Assembly: GCA_938031185.1 (NCBI GenBank)
Contig: CALHGX010000002.1
Location: forward strand, 16,010-80,009
Source: an uncultured bacterium
Lineage (GTDB): Bacteria > Verrucomicrobiota > Kiritimatiellia > CAIKKV01 > CALHGX01
Direction: 5' to 3'
Length of the DNA: 64,000 nt
Shown piece after piece: positions 32,172 to 42,397 of this stretch (the stretch's first letter is position 1; every line of letters begins with the position of its first letter). The position numbers and the translations under genes are program-made. The notes under the pieces are model-generated. The model had not been told where the DNA came from. It saw only the letters and a list, made by a program, of their open reading frames with translations, and did no database searches.

Positions 32172-33639
32172 AACCACAACGTTGCTCCTGCTGACCGGCG
32201 TTCTCAGCACCGGCGGGAGCCCCCATGCCATGGCGGCGATAAACACGAACGACGTCATGCGATACATACGAGAGAAAAGATGGATCACAAAACCGTGGCA
32301 CCCGCGAAGCGCCGATTTGAGGGAAGAGCTAAACGCGGAAATAACTCGTCTGCTGGATCTCTACGATGACGGAGGGCATGTGGAACCCGCTTACTTCTCC
32401 ATCGGCATCACGGGAAGTTGGATACTCTACGGCTATCCCGGCGAACAGGCCTACGTATTGGCTGATGCTCTTCCGTTCCTGCCTTCCAATACGCAAGCTC
32501 GACTCAAGGCCTATCTGTATCAAGAAATCCGGGAGTATGATCCAACACTCATGGGATTCGAGCATTGTGACGGCGGATGGGGGAGCTGCGAGATGACAGG
32601 CAATCGCCGTGAGTATTTCCGTCTGCCCGCCTCTCCAAACCCGGAACCCATCGTTCCCAATCTCTGGCCGCCGCCAACCGTCCCTCCCGAAGCACTTTAC
32701 ATGATCTGGCGTTACTGCAACGCAAGCGGGGACTGGGGCTTCATTTCCTCAAATGCTCCCCCCACCGGTGAGCGGTGGGACCGCTTGGTAACTCTTTTCC
32801 ATAGCATTTCGAATCCGCCCGTCCGATACGGGCATATCGCGGCGGCGATTGGTTTTGCGCGGCTATTGGATCATTACGGCATGACCAACAGCTCCCTTTT
32901 CACGTCCGCCGTGGCCCGCGTGTATGCCGGCATGGTTGCAGGAACCAACTTCAATCTTTTCCTTGAGCGGTCATATGACGCCTTCCTTCAGGGACCCCAC
33001 GATTGGGGTTGGACGCCCTTCCATTACCTCCGCCATCAGAACGCAGTGGGCGCGATGATCGCCCCCGAAATTGGTCGCTTCCTGCGAGAATATGCCCTGA
33101 CCAACGTCTATCGGCGCGTGACATACAACCCGAATGAAGGACAGCCGGGTGAAAATTACGCCATCGAATCGGTGTGGCAGGGCTGGTACCTGACCCGCGG
33201 GCATTACATCCCCTTGATCCCCATCGCGGGCTACTACGGCGAAAACCACATGGTGACGCCAGATACCCCTTGGGCGTTGTTCATGACGCATGCCTGGATC
33301 TACAACGAAAGCGGTGACGAGTTGAGACGATGGCTTGATGTGCCGTACTGCATTGGCGACCTCTTCCACATTCAAAAGCTTACGGCAACCATTAGCGCAT
33401 ACGGGCAGCCGGTTTGGAGCCAATGGCAGCCGCCGGAAGTTCATATTGGAGCCATCGAGAATGGCAGTGTGAAGGTCACCGTTCGCGGACAAGCGGGCGC
33501 CCGCTACGTACTGGAGCGTTCAACAGATCTTCGGATCGCGCCATGGCTTCCGCTGATTACCAATACAGGCCCAACCTTTCTATGGCTCCCACAGCCTGAC
33601 ATGAGACAAGAGATCTACCGCGCCATAACCGTTGATTGA
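32158..33639 (+). CDS. Secreted hypothetical protein
   Basis: Signal peptide MRLNRTTTLLLLTGVLSTGGSPHAMA and a 14-nt overlap with the upstream gene. The C-terminal module (ARYVLERSTDL...W...EIYRAITVD) is shared with other secreted proteins in the window. No family recognised. Confidence 0.6.
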   Translation: MRLNRTTTLLLLTGVLSTGGSPHAMAAINTNDVMRYIREKRWITKPWHPRSADLREELNAEITRLLDLYDDGGHVEPAYFSIGITGSWILYGYPGEQAYVLADALPFLPSNTQARLKAYLYQEIREYDPTLMGFEHCDGGWGSCEMTGNRREYFRLPASPNPEPIVPNLWPPPTVPPEALYMIWRYCNASGDWGFISSNAPPTGERWDRLVTLFHSISNPPVRYGHIAAAIGFARLLDHYGMTNSSLFTSAVARVYAGMVAGTNFNLFLERSYDAFLQGPHDWGWTPFHYLRHQNAVGAMIAPEIGRFLREYALTNVYRRVTYNPNEGQPGENYAIESVWQGWYLTRGHYIPLIPIAGYYGENHMVTPDTPWALFMTHAWIYNESGDELRRWLDVPYCIGDLFHIQKLTATISAYGQPVWSQWQPPEVHIGAIENGSVKVTVRGQAGARYVLERSTDLRIAPWLPLITNTGPTFLWLPQPDMRQEIYRAITVD

Positions 33640-34394
33640 CCCCCTCGAGCAAGAGGTGGCCAAGAAGACCAGCACCCCATTCTGTGTAATCCCCCGCGCT
33701 AGAGTTTTCCTGGACATCGAATTGGAGCCGACAGAGAGGAAAATGGCACCGCAAGGTATGGGCCCGGCTGGGCGTGAACGGCCTCCGCCGGCTCCTGCGC
33801 GAGAACGGCCCCCTGGTCCCCATGTGCGCGGCCCCTGCGCATGGGCCGAAGGCGCGCGAGCGGACGATTACCACTCAGCGATCCGACGAGATGTGGGGCT
33901 CGGACATGACGACCACGGTGAGGCCGGCGCAGGGCAACGCGGCGGTGTTCGTGGCCGTGGATCACGCTTCGGCTGAATGTGTCGGCATTGACGCGGCGAA
34001 CTCCGGAAATCGTTTCGAAGCCTTGGAGCCGATCCGCCAGGGCATACGGGCGCGCGGCGGCGCCTGCACCGCCCAGGTAGCCGCGGGCTTTTCGGTGCGC
34101 CACGATCATGGCAGCGCGTATCTCTCGGAGGGCTTCCCGAACGAACGGCGCTGCCTGGGGGCGAAAAGATCTTCGGCCTTTGTTCGGGAGGTAGGGGGCA
34201 ACGGCTGCGCCGAACGGTTCATGCGCGCGCTCAAAGAGAACTTGCTCTGGGTGCGTTCCTGCTCGACGGTCGAGGAACTCCGCCCGGCGCTTCCGGCCTT
34301 CAAGGATCTCTACAATCGCACCTGGCTGATCGAACGCCATGGCTTCCTGCCCCCCTCTGAGGCTCGTCCATCGCTGGGGCAGGCGGCCGCATGA
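33636..34394 (+). mobile_element. 5'-truncated IS3-family-type transposase (DDE/rve integrase core) remnant
   Basis: ...RKVWARLGVNGLRRLLRENGPL...MWGSDMTT...FVAVDHASAECVG...VRHDHGSAYLS...NGCAERFMRALKENL...YNRTWLIERHGF. The reading frame opens right after the previous gene's stop. The OrfA/HTH part is missing, and I could not identify terminal inverted repeats. Confidence 0.75.
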
Positions 34395-34637
34395 CCACAG
34401 CCTCCGTGGTGTGTCCAAAAAATCCTGGCGCGCTACCCTCACAACAAACACGAAGGCTGCGACCGGAAACATTTCGCCGTTCTGTGACCAACGTCTACCG
34501 CAAGTTCCGGATCAAGCTTTACCCTTGAAACAAACCGGTCAGTCTCTTACCCCACGAAAGAGGCTCGTTAGAACGTTGCTTTCGCAAGCTCATGAGATCG
34601 GCGGAAATGCGCCACCGCTGCCGACGCAAAAGAGGCT

Positions 34638-35945
34638 TCAACGCCCTGTGCGACGAAAACGGGCAATAAACATGCCCGTTCCCGGCCCTTCCCAAGGAGG
34701 AATCGCCAGGAAGCCGTTTGTCGGCTTCCCATTCAATGGATTCTCAAACGGTTCCAGCACATAATCGGTCCGCTTCGCCAAGAACTTCATCACGACTTCC
34801 TCGTTCTCACGCCGGGTTAACGTGCATGTGGCGTAGACTAGGCGTCCATCCTGCCGGACTGAACCAGCGACACACTCCAGCAAGCCCGCCTGACGAGCGG
34901 CGGCGTGAGCGATGTCCTCCCGCCGCAACCGCCAGCGCGCATCGGGATTGCGCGCCCATGTGCCAATCCCCGAACATGGCGCATCCACCAAGACGCCATC
35001 CGCAGTCCATTCGGGCCGACGGCCGTTAGACACGTCCCATGCCAGCACGCGCGTGTTGGTCAGGCCCGCCCTGCGCACTCTGCGGCGCAGTTCCTCCAAT
35101 GCGACGAACCGGGTATCCGTCGCCAACACCCGTCCTTGAGATCCCGTCAGGTCAGCCAGATGCAGCGTCTTTCCGCCTGCCCCCGCGCAGACATCCCACC
35201 AAGTTTCTCCCACTGACGGAGCACACACCCACCCCACTGCTTGCGAACCGACATCTTAAATCTGATAGCGGACTCGACCTGCCACTCGATGAAGGTCCGT
35301 CCCGGCCGGAACCACGAATGCTCCCGGCAGCCGGGCATGTCGCTCCACCGCCACCCCCGCGGTCTGTAGCACCTCGCACAGTCCTTCTTCGTCACTAGGC
35401 GCAACCCGCAGCCAGGTTGGCGGCCGAACTTGAAAGGACTCCACCATCCGGCGAAACCAGGCCTTGCCATCGCCGGTTTCGGGATACATCAGTTCCTTCT
35501 CCAGCCACGCGGGAACGAGGCTTTGCCATGACGGCGGCTCACCGCCGATGGCAGAGGCAAGAGCCTTGGCTTTTTCTTCAAGGGGAAAAGACGCCATCGG
35601 TGTAATCCCTTGAGGGGTCCAGCCGGCATCGGCCGCCATGCGTGCAACAACCGGATGCGATTCCGTTGCATCCAGGTAATAGGCGATCAGTGCCGCCCTC
35701 TCATCCATCCGAGGAAGAATAAGCTCCGTCCAACCTTTCCATCGAAAAAAGGAAAACACCACTGCGCCGATGAACCGCCGGTCGCGTCCGCCCCATTCTC
35801 TATGGCGTCGGAATAGCGCCGCCAACGCCGCGTCGGCCGGTTCGCGCTCCGCTACGCGCCCCATGACTTCGCAAAGCGCCTGCCGCGTGGCTGCCGCCAA
35901 CGCTGCCACCGCACGGTTTGGAAAACCCGGATGCGAGGAAACCAT
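34638..35945 (-). pseudogene. RsmB/NOL1/NOP2/Sun-type rRNA cytosine-C5 methyltransferase interrupted by one in-frame TAA
   Basis: ORFs 35256..35945 and 34638..35237 are in the same frame. Reading through gives ...GRVRYQI*DVGSQAVGWVCAPSVGETWWDVCAGAGGKT...DAPCSGIGT...YATCT. The TAA (35256-35258) sits where the family has the conserved Gln of the (V/I)QD motif. Confidence 0.8.
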
Positions 35946-36292
35946 AATGCCACAACAATGGCGTCAACCCGCTCACAGTTGCAACATGGTTTTGAATCAT
36001 ATCCCTCCCCTCTCGAAACGCCAGCATTCGATCTTCTTGTCAGCCTCACCCATTAGGCGGGCGGCAAGCATTTCGCACCAGCAGCCCGACGGAGGCTGCC
36101 ATTGACTTGATGAAGGCTTGTGATAGGTTCGCCGCGGTAATCGGGATGGCATATTTTAGGTTGAAGGAAGCTGTTGGCTGCTGAGAAGCGCAACCGGACA
36201 CGAGGAAAGACGAACCCCGTCAAAAACGGCCAGGCTTATTTGACAGTCCAACGCTTAAGCCCAGCAAGAATGCTTGATTGAGGCAAGGGAGA

Positions 36293-37498
36293 ATGACCTT
36301 CGCTTCACAGGGTCCGGCGCCATCGAAAGCCCCGCGCTGGCTAAATCGGACGGTGGTCGGGATCGGTCTGGCCAGCCTGTTCAGCGACTGGTCTCATGAG
36401 ATTGCCACCACCGTGATGCCGGCGTTTCTTGCGACGATGGGTGCGGCGGCGGCGTGGCTCGGTCTGATCGAGGGCGTTTCCGACGGCCTCTCCAGCTTCG
36501 CCAAGATGGGGTCGGGATACTTCACCGATCAGATGCGGCGGCGCAAGCCGATCGCCGTCATCGGCTACCTCGTGACGGCCATCGGTACGGCGGGGATCGG
36601 CCTGGCGACGAACGCCTGGCACGTGCTGATCTGCCGGGCCGGCGCATGGCTGGGGCGCGGCGTTCGGACGCCAGTCCGCAAGGCTCTGTTGGCCGCCGCG
36701 GCCACCCCCGAAACATACGGCCGCGCCTTCGGGCTGGAGCGCATGATGGATACGCTGGGCGCCATTGCCGGACCGGCCACGGCGACGGCCCTCCTGGTGG
36801 CACTCCGTCACAACTATGCGCATATCCTTTTGCTAACCCTTGTTCCGGGCCTGCTCGCGGCAGGCGTCATCGCCTTTCTCGTGAAAGAAAGTGAGCGGGC
36901 GAGCGTGCCGCATGTTTCCTTTGGAGAACGGTTGAACACCCTCCCCGCTTCCTTCCGGCGTTTTCTGCTGGCCGTGGGGCTGTTCGGCGCGGGCGATTTC
37001 GCGCACACGATGCTGATCCTGCTCGCGACCCAGCGCCTGACGCCGCTATACGGCGCGGCGCGCGCCGCAACGTACGCCGTGTCGCTCTATATGCTGCACA
37101 ACGTGCTCTACGCCGGTTTTGCGTTCATCGCAGGCTGGATGGCCGACCGTTTCGACAAGCGTCGGCTACTGGCCGGCGGCTACGCGCTGGCGGCCGTGAC
37201 AGGAGCGCTCCTGGTCTTCGCGCCGATGAATCTGCCCATGCTGGTTGTGGTCTTCACGCTGGCCGGCGTCTATGTGGCAATCGAGGAAACCCTTGAGGAT
37301 GCACTTGCGGCGGAACTAGTGCACCGGGACCACCATGGGATGGGCTTCGGCGCCCTGGCCACGGTCAACGGCGTGGGCGATTTTTTGAGCAGCATCGTGG
37401 TGGGCCTCCTTTGGACGGCCGTGGGGCCGTCTCTCGCCTTTGCCTACAGCACAGCGCTTTTCATCACCGGCGCGGCCCTGGTGTGGCGTCTCAAGTAG
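36293..37498 (+). CDS. MFS transporter
   Basis: About 12 hydrophobic segments and an MFS-type loop (GYFTDQMRRRKPI). ATG at 36293; the listed start at 36278 is TTG. Confidence 0.8.
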   Translation: MTFASQGPAPSKAPRWLNRTVVGIGLASLFSDWSHEIATTVMPAFLATMGAAAAWLGLIEGVSDGLSSFAKMGSGYFTDQMRRRKPIAVIGYLVTAIGTAGIGLATNAWHVLICRAGAWLGRGVRTPVRKALLAAAATPETYGRAFGLERMMDTLGAIAGPATATALLVALRHNYAHILLLTLVPGLLAAGVIAFLVKESERASVPHVSFGERLNTLPASFRRFLLAVGLFGAGDFAHTMLILLATQRLTPLYGAARAATYAVSLYMLHNVLYAGFAFIAGWMADRFDKRRLLAGGYALAAVTGALLVFAPMNLPMLVVVFTLAGVYVAIEETLEDALAAELVHRDHHGMGFGALATVNGVGDFLSSIVVGLLWTAVGPSLAFAYSTALFITGAALVWRLK

Positions 37499-37539
37499 GC
37501 CGGGGTTCCGGGGAAACAGAGGTCTTTGGCCGTCGTCAA

Positions 37540-38916
37540 CTACACACGGAGCGTCCCCAGCCGGTTCAGGAACATAGCCGTGTAGAGAAACCCCTGTCGG
37601 AACTGCTCGATGGAGTAAGACTCATCCGGCGCATGAATCCGATCCTCCTCGCGACCGAAACCGACCAGCACGGGTTCCGCCCCAACCAGCGCGGGTAGCG
37701 CCGACAGAATCGGCACCGACGCGCCCTCCCACAGGAAGACCGTCGGCCCCCCGAATAGTTCATCCAGCGCTTGCCGCGCCAGCGCGACATAACGCGAAGA
37801 CGGATCCACGCGCAATGCAGGACCGCCGATTCCGCGTTCGGTGATTTCCAGCCGAAGTCCGGCCGGCACATGCGCCTGCAAGTGCCGAACGAGCACGTCC
37901 AAGACTCGCTCCGGGTTCTGGCCAGCGGCTAGTCGTGCCGACAGTTTCGCCACCGCAGAGGCGGGGATAATCGTCTTGCTGCCTGGGCCGCCATAACCGC
38001 TATGCACCCCATTGATGTCCAAGCAGGGCCGGAACCCAACACGCTCCGACACTGAAAGTCCTCGCTCTCCCCCCAGCGGTGGCACACCAGTCAGTTTTGC
38101 GTATTCCATGGGGTCGAACGGCACGGCATTGGCGAGGCGACGCTCCTGTTCACTTGGCTCCTTGAACCCATCATAGAAGCCGGCCACGGCCACGCGGCCG
38201 TCTTCGTCGTGAAGCGTAGCCAACAAGCGAGCCATGCCCGTCGCGGGGTTTGGCGCCGCTCCGCCATGCACGCCCGAATGCAGATCGTTCTTCGGGCCGC
38301 GCAGTTGACAGGTCAGATGCACGATCCCGCGCAGGCCGAGAGTAATGGCCGGCGCGCCCGAAGGGGCGCACAGCGTGTCGGCGGCCATCAGCACATCGGC
38401 CCTCACTCGTTCCCGCATTCCGCGCAACGCATCCAATGCCATCAACCCGCCGGACTCTTCATCTCCTTCGATCACGATGCGAATTCCACATCGCAACGCG
38501 TCGAGTTGCAGCAACGCCTCCAAGCCCTTCAGCGCCGAGAAAAATTGCCCCTTGTTGTCCTGCGCGCCGCGCGCTCTTAGCCTCTCTCCTGCCCAAGTCG
38601 GTTCGAACGGGGGCGATGTCCACTGATCCAGCGGGTCCGGCGGTTGCACGTCGTAGTGCCCGTAAAACAACACCACTGGGCAACCGGGCGCTCCTTCCCG
38701 CGAAGCCAGCACCAGCGGATGACCGGCGGTTTCCACTTGTTCGGTTCGCAGCCCTATGCCGCGCAGGTGTCTTTCCAGCCAACCGGCGCAAGCGCGACAA
38801 TCCGCCGCGCGCGCCGGATCGGCGCTCACGGACGCAAACCGCAACAATTCCCGCCACTCGACAAGCCAGCGCTCACGGCGGGCTTCAAACAGTTTCTCCA
38901 ACGGCTTCGGTTCCAT
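37540..38916 (-). CDS. M20-family dipeptidase / peptidase (ArgE/DapE/ACY1 family)
   Basis: LFYGHYDVQPPDPLDQWTSPPFEP, RGAQDNKGQ and EGDEESGG motifs. Confidence 0.85.
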   Translation of the reverse strand: MEPKPLEKLFEARRERWLVEWRELLRFASVSADPARAADCRACAGWLERHLRGIGLRTEQVETAGHPLVLASREGAPGCPVVLFYGHYDVQPPDPLDQWTSPPFEPTWAGERLRARGAQDNKGQFFSALKGLEALLQLDALRCGIRIVIEGDEESGGLMALDALRGMRERVRADVLMAADTLCAPSGAPAITLGLRGIVHLTCQLRGPKNDLHSGVHGGAAPNPATGMARLLATLHDEDGRVAVAGFYDGFKEPSEQERRLANAVPFDPMEYAKLTGVPPLGGERGLSVSERVGFRPCLDINGVHSGYGGPGSKTIIPASAVAKLSARLAAGQNPERVLDVLVRHLQAHVPAGLRLEITERGIGGPALRVDPSSRYVALARQALDELFGGPTVFLWEGASVPILSALPALVGAEPVLVGFGREEDRIHAPDESYSIEQFRQGFLYTAMFLNRLGTLRV

Positions 38917-39002
38917 AGCGTCCTTGTGTCTTGCCGGCGGCGACCGAGCGTTCTCGCGGGAGGAGCGATTGGTGGCGCCGTTGATCTTGCCCCAGAGCTT
39001 GC

Positions 39003-40310
39003 CTACAAGAGATCAGCGGCCAACGCCGCCAATGCGCTGCGTTCGCTCTTGACCAGCGTAACGTGGCCATGCACGGCTTCTTTCTTCATGCGTTCCACGG
39101 CATAGGCCAGTCCGTTGCTGCTGGAGTCCAGATACGGGTTGTCAATCTGGTACGGGTCTCCGGTCAGCACCATTTTGGTTCCCTCCCCGGCCCGGCTAAC
39201 GATCGTCTTGATTTCGTGCGGGGTCAGGTTTTGGGCCTCATCCACAATCACGTACTGTCGCGGAATGGACCGTCCGCGAATGTATGTCAATGCCTCCATC
39301 TCCAGCACCTGTTCGCGCTGCAGCCGTTCGATCTTCTCCCGCAGGGAATGGCGATGGTCGCCGTTCGGGCTCTTGAGCATGAGATACGTCAGATTGTCGA
39401 AAATCGGCAACATCCAGTTGGCCAGTTTTTCTTCTTTGTCCCCGGGCAGATACCCAATGTCCCGCCCGAACGGCATGATCGGCCGCGAGACAAGCATGCG
39501 ATCGTAGCGTTTCTGGTTGATGCTCTTCTCGAGCGCCGCGGCCAGCGCCAGCAGCGTCTTGCCGGTCCCGGCCGGCCCCATGAGCGTCACCAGCGCCACG
39601 GAATCGTCCAGCAGCAACTCGAGCGCCATGCGTTGCTCACGGTTGCGCGGCTTGACATGCCAGGCAGAGTCCGATTCCGGCCGCAGCGGTCGGAGCGTGC
39701 CATCGGCGCCCGCCCGAACCAGCACGGTTCGGTGTGCCCCCTCCTCGGACCGGAGCAAAACGAACTCATTCGGAAAAAACATCGCGTCGGACAGCCGAAC
39801 CGACCGATTGGCTTCAAAAGCGTCCATTGTTTCCGGCGGCACAAGCCATTCCCGGAATCCGCTAAAGAGTTCGTCGAAGTTGACCTTTTGTTTCTCGAAA
39901 TCCATCACCTCAATGCCCAAGGCATCGGCCTTGATACGGGCGTGGATGTCCTTCGAAACGAAAATGACGCGGTGCCCCTCCTGCGCAAGCAGGTGGGCCG
40001 CCCCGATAATTCGGTTGTCGGGGACGTCATCGTGCAGGCCCGCCGCTTGAGGCGAACGGTTATGGGTAATCCGCAATTCCCCGCCGTTGTCGAGCGGCAC
40101 CCCTTCGCCCAACCGTCCACGCAGGCGCAGAATATCCAGCCGGCGAATCGCCCAGCGCGCATTGCGGCCGAGTTCGTTGTTCTGGGTCTTGAAGCGGTCC
40201 AGCTCCTCGATCACCGCCATGGGCAGCACCACGATGTTGTCAGCGAACGATTCGATCGCGGAGGGGTCGTGCAGGATGACGTTGGTATCGAGGACAAAAT
40301 ATTTTCTCAT
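39003..40310 (-). CDS. PhoH2-type protein (N-terminal PIN domain fused to a PhoH ATPase)
   Basis: MRKYFVLDTNVILHDP (PIN), Walker A GPAGTGKTLLALAAAL and Walker B VIVDEAQN. The ATG is 12 nt after the upstream stop, with a GGGGGA SD. Confidence 0.9.
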   Translation of the reverse strand: MRKYFVLDTNVILHDPSAIESFADNIVVLPMAVIEELDRFKTQNNELGRNARWAIRRLDILRLRGRLGEGVPLDNGGELRITHNRSPQAAGLHDDVPDNRIIGAAHLLAQEGHRVIFVSKDIHARIKADALGIEVMDFEKQKVNFDELFSGFREWLVPPETMDAFEANRSVRLSDAMFFPNEFVLLRSEEGAHRTVLVRAGADGTLRPLRPESDSAWHVKPRNREQRMALELLLDDSVALVTLMGPAGTGKTLLALAAALEKSINQKRYDRMLVSRPIMPFGRDIGYLPGDKEEKLANWMLPIFDNLTYLMLKSPNGDHRHSLREKIERLQREQVLEMEALTYIRGRSIPRQYVIVDEAQNLTPHEIKTIVSRAGEGTKMVLTGDPYQIDNPYLDSSSNGLAYAVERMKKEAVHGHVTLVKSERSALAALAADLL

Positions 40311-40322
40311 GCGTCCCCCGGC

Positions 40323-42380
40323 TCACCCCGGCATCACGGCGAAGGGCTTTGGTATCTGGCCCGTCACGAAGTAGTAGACGAAACCGACGAGTATGGGAAT
40401 GATTCCGCCAAGCATGTCGCCGGCGATCAGCCCGAACATAAACGGTTTGAGCTTCTGGTAGCCTGCGGCGCCGCCATACTTGGTCACCAGCGTCTTGATG
40501 AGCCACCCAGCGAAGAACGAAGCGGCGAACACATGGGCGAAGTAGGTGCTCCATAGCAGGAAGATGACCGGATGCAGCGGCCATTTCGGAAAGCGCAAAC
40601 GTCCCGCCGTGAACAGCAGGAACAACCCGAGGCCGACCGCAAAGTATAAGCCATATTTCGCGTCAGGAGACGCCATCTTGAATCGGGCCAAACCAGTGGC
40701 CGTTCCGGCCAGTTCAAGCGCATCCTGGGCCGCCAAACGCTGGCGCTGCAGCATGACTTCCTTGAACGGCTCGCGCGCCATCCAGTACGTGGCCCAGCCG
40801 TCCGCCATGTTGGCTCCCCGATTGTATTGGAAATACAGCTGCACCGGCAGGGCGACGGCGAGACCCACGATCACCGCCAACACGCATAGAATGGCCACAC
40901 GGCCGACGCGATTGCCGAACATCTCGTTGAGCTTCAGCGAATTGACCACAAACGGCATGAGCGATTCGCGAGGATCCACCATCAGGATCACGGAAACAAG
41001 CAGCATGATCATCATTGAACGAGGATCGGCCGCCAATGGCCCCAAGAACCCGAGCAGGATGGCGCAAGGGAAAACGAACGGCTGAATGAGAAAGAGCCCC
41101 GTCTCCGCCATGATGCGGCTCATCCCAAGAAAGATCATCACGGTGCCCAAGGAGAACAGCAGCGCCAGTGGCCAGTCCAGGCCCACCAGCACGAGGTTGG
41201 CGACCATGAGCACCAGAGCGACCACAAACGCCCGAGCGCCCCAAACAGCTGCCGGCTCCGGCTCCTCGGCACTCGGCAGGAAAAAGGCGCGGCGAAGGAC
41301 GAGGCTGTAGTAATGCCGGCCAGTGTAGGCAATGACCAGGAACAGCCCAAAATAGGCCCCGAAATTGAGGAACGAAATCACATTGGGGGCCATGTAACCG
41401 GAACCGCCTGTGCTGATGCCGTACTGCAGCAACACCGCCGCAATGTAGGAATAGATCCAGGGGCCGAGGAAAAGCGACACGGACACATCCGTCGCGAGAA
41501 AGTAAGCGAACGCAATAACCGTGAAAAAGAACTTCGGATTGTAGAGCACCGCCACCCATCCCAACTGATCGGGCCAGAGCCGTTCGAAAACCGGCACCAG
41601 CTTGCTGAGCGGCAGAAAGTTGAAGGAGAGCGGCACCTTGACCATCACAGCCGGAAACCACTGGCAGGCATAATTGTTCAGATGAATAGCCAGCACGAAA
41701 GCCGCGCCGATCCAGAACGGCCGGCTGTGCAGCACACGCCCCATCGCGGCTCCCGCGGTCTGCGGCAGCAGCGCGCTCGCGAACTGCGCGATGGGATACG
41801 GCAACTGCTCATGCCGCGCCCACTGGCGGTGCACCACCAGCGAAAGGCCGGTCAGGGCCACCCACACGGACAGCAGTAGCGGCACCCAGAATGCCAGCGT
41901 CCGCGTCCAAGCAAACCAGGGGATCTGCGACAAGCCGATTCGTTTTTGACCCACCCCAAGCCCCTGAATGAACCCGTTGAGCGTCGTCGCCTCCTCCCGG
42001 CTGATGTCCGCCAGCATGCGAGCCGGCACCAGCTCCAGCACCTTCTGCTCCTGCCATCCGGGATCCAACCGGGCGTAGTGGTGCGGCAGAATCAGCGACG
42101 TGGTGAAATAGCGCATCAGCCCGGACCCTGGAATGCAGCAGGCAGCCAGCGTGATACCCATTGCCAGGGCCAGTTCCGAACCCGAGAAATCCCAGCGGCG
42201 GCCCAAGCGCGCCAGCAAAGAATTGACCAGCAGCACGAACAGGATGAGGCCGCCATACACCGCAATCGGCATGTTGTTGCCGACGAGGAAGGTCTGACGC
42301 ATGACGGCATCGTTGAAATACGAAAAGCCGCAAATCAGCCCCACCCCAATCAAGCCCAGCCCTATCGCCCTGCGCGTCAT
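40323..42380 (-). CDS. 685-aa polytopic membrane protein, family not recognised
   Basis: Hydrophobic segments run throughout (LICGFSYFNDAVMRQTFLVGNNMPIAVYGGLILFVLLV...). The ATG is 17 nt after the ABC ATPase stop. Confidence 0.7.
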   Translation of the reverse strand: MTRRAIGLGLIGVGLICGFSYFNDAVMRQTFLVGNNMPIAVYGGLILFVLLVNSLLARLGRRWDFSGSELALAMGITLAACCIPGSGLMRYFTTSLILPHHYARLDPGWQEQKVLELVPARMLADISREEATTLNGFIQGLGVGQKRIGLSQIPWFAWTRTLAFWVPLLLSVWVALTGLSLVVHRQWARHEQLPYPIAQFASALLPQTAGAAMGRVLHSRPFWIGAAFVLAIHLNNYACQWFPAVMVKVPLSFNFLPLSKLVPVFERLWPDQLGWVAVLYNPKFFFTVIAFAYFLATDVSVSLFLGPWIYSYIAAVLLQYGISTGGSGYMAPNVISFLNFGAYFGLFLVIAYTGRHYYSLVLRRAFFLPSAEEPEPAAVWGARAFVVALVLMVANLVLVGLDWPLALLFSLGTVMIFLGMSRIMAETGLFLIQPFVFPCAILLGFLGPLAADPRSMMIMLLVSVILMVDPRESLMPFVVNSLKLNEMFGNRVGRVAILCVLAVIVGLAVALPVQLYFQYNRGANMADGWATYWMAREPFKEVMLQRQRLAAQDALELAGTATGLARFKMASPDAKYGLYFAVGLGLFLLFTAGRLRFPKWPLHPVIFLLWSTYFAHVFAASFFAGWLIKTLVTKYGGAAGYQKLKPFMFGLIAGDMLGGIIPILVGFVYYFVTGQIPKPFAVMPG

Positions 42381-42397
42381 CCCTTACCCCTTTCGCG

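Noticed and set aside
33699-34472. 257-aa ORF on the minus strand
   Set aside because: It is antisense to the transposase remnant, whose plus-strand frame carries the DDE/rve signature.
39063-40556. 497-aa ORF on the plus strand
   Set aside because: It is antisense to the PhoH2 gene, which has PIN and Walker A/B motifs. It has no motifs of its own.
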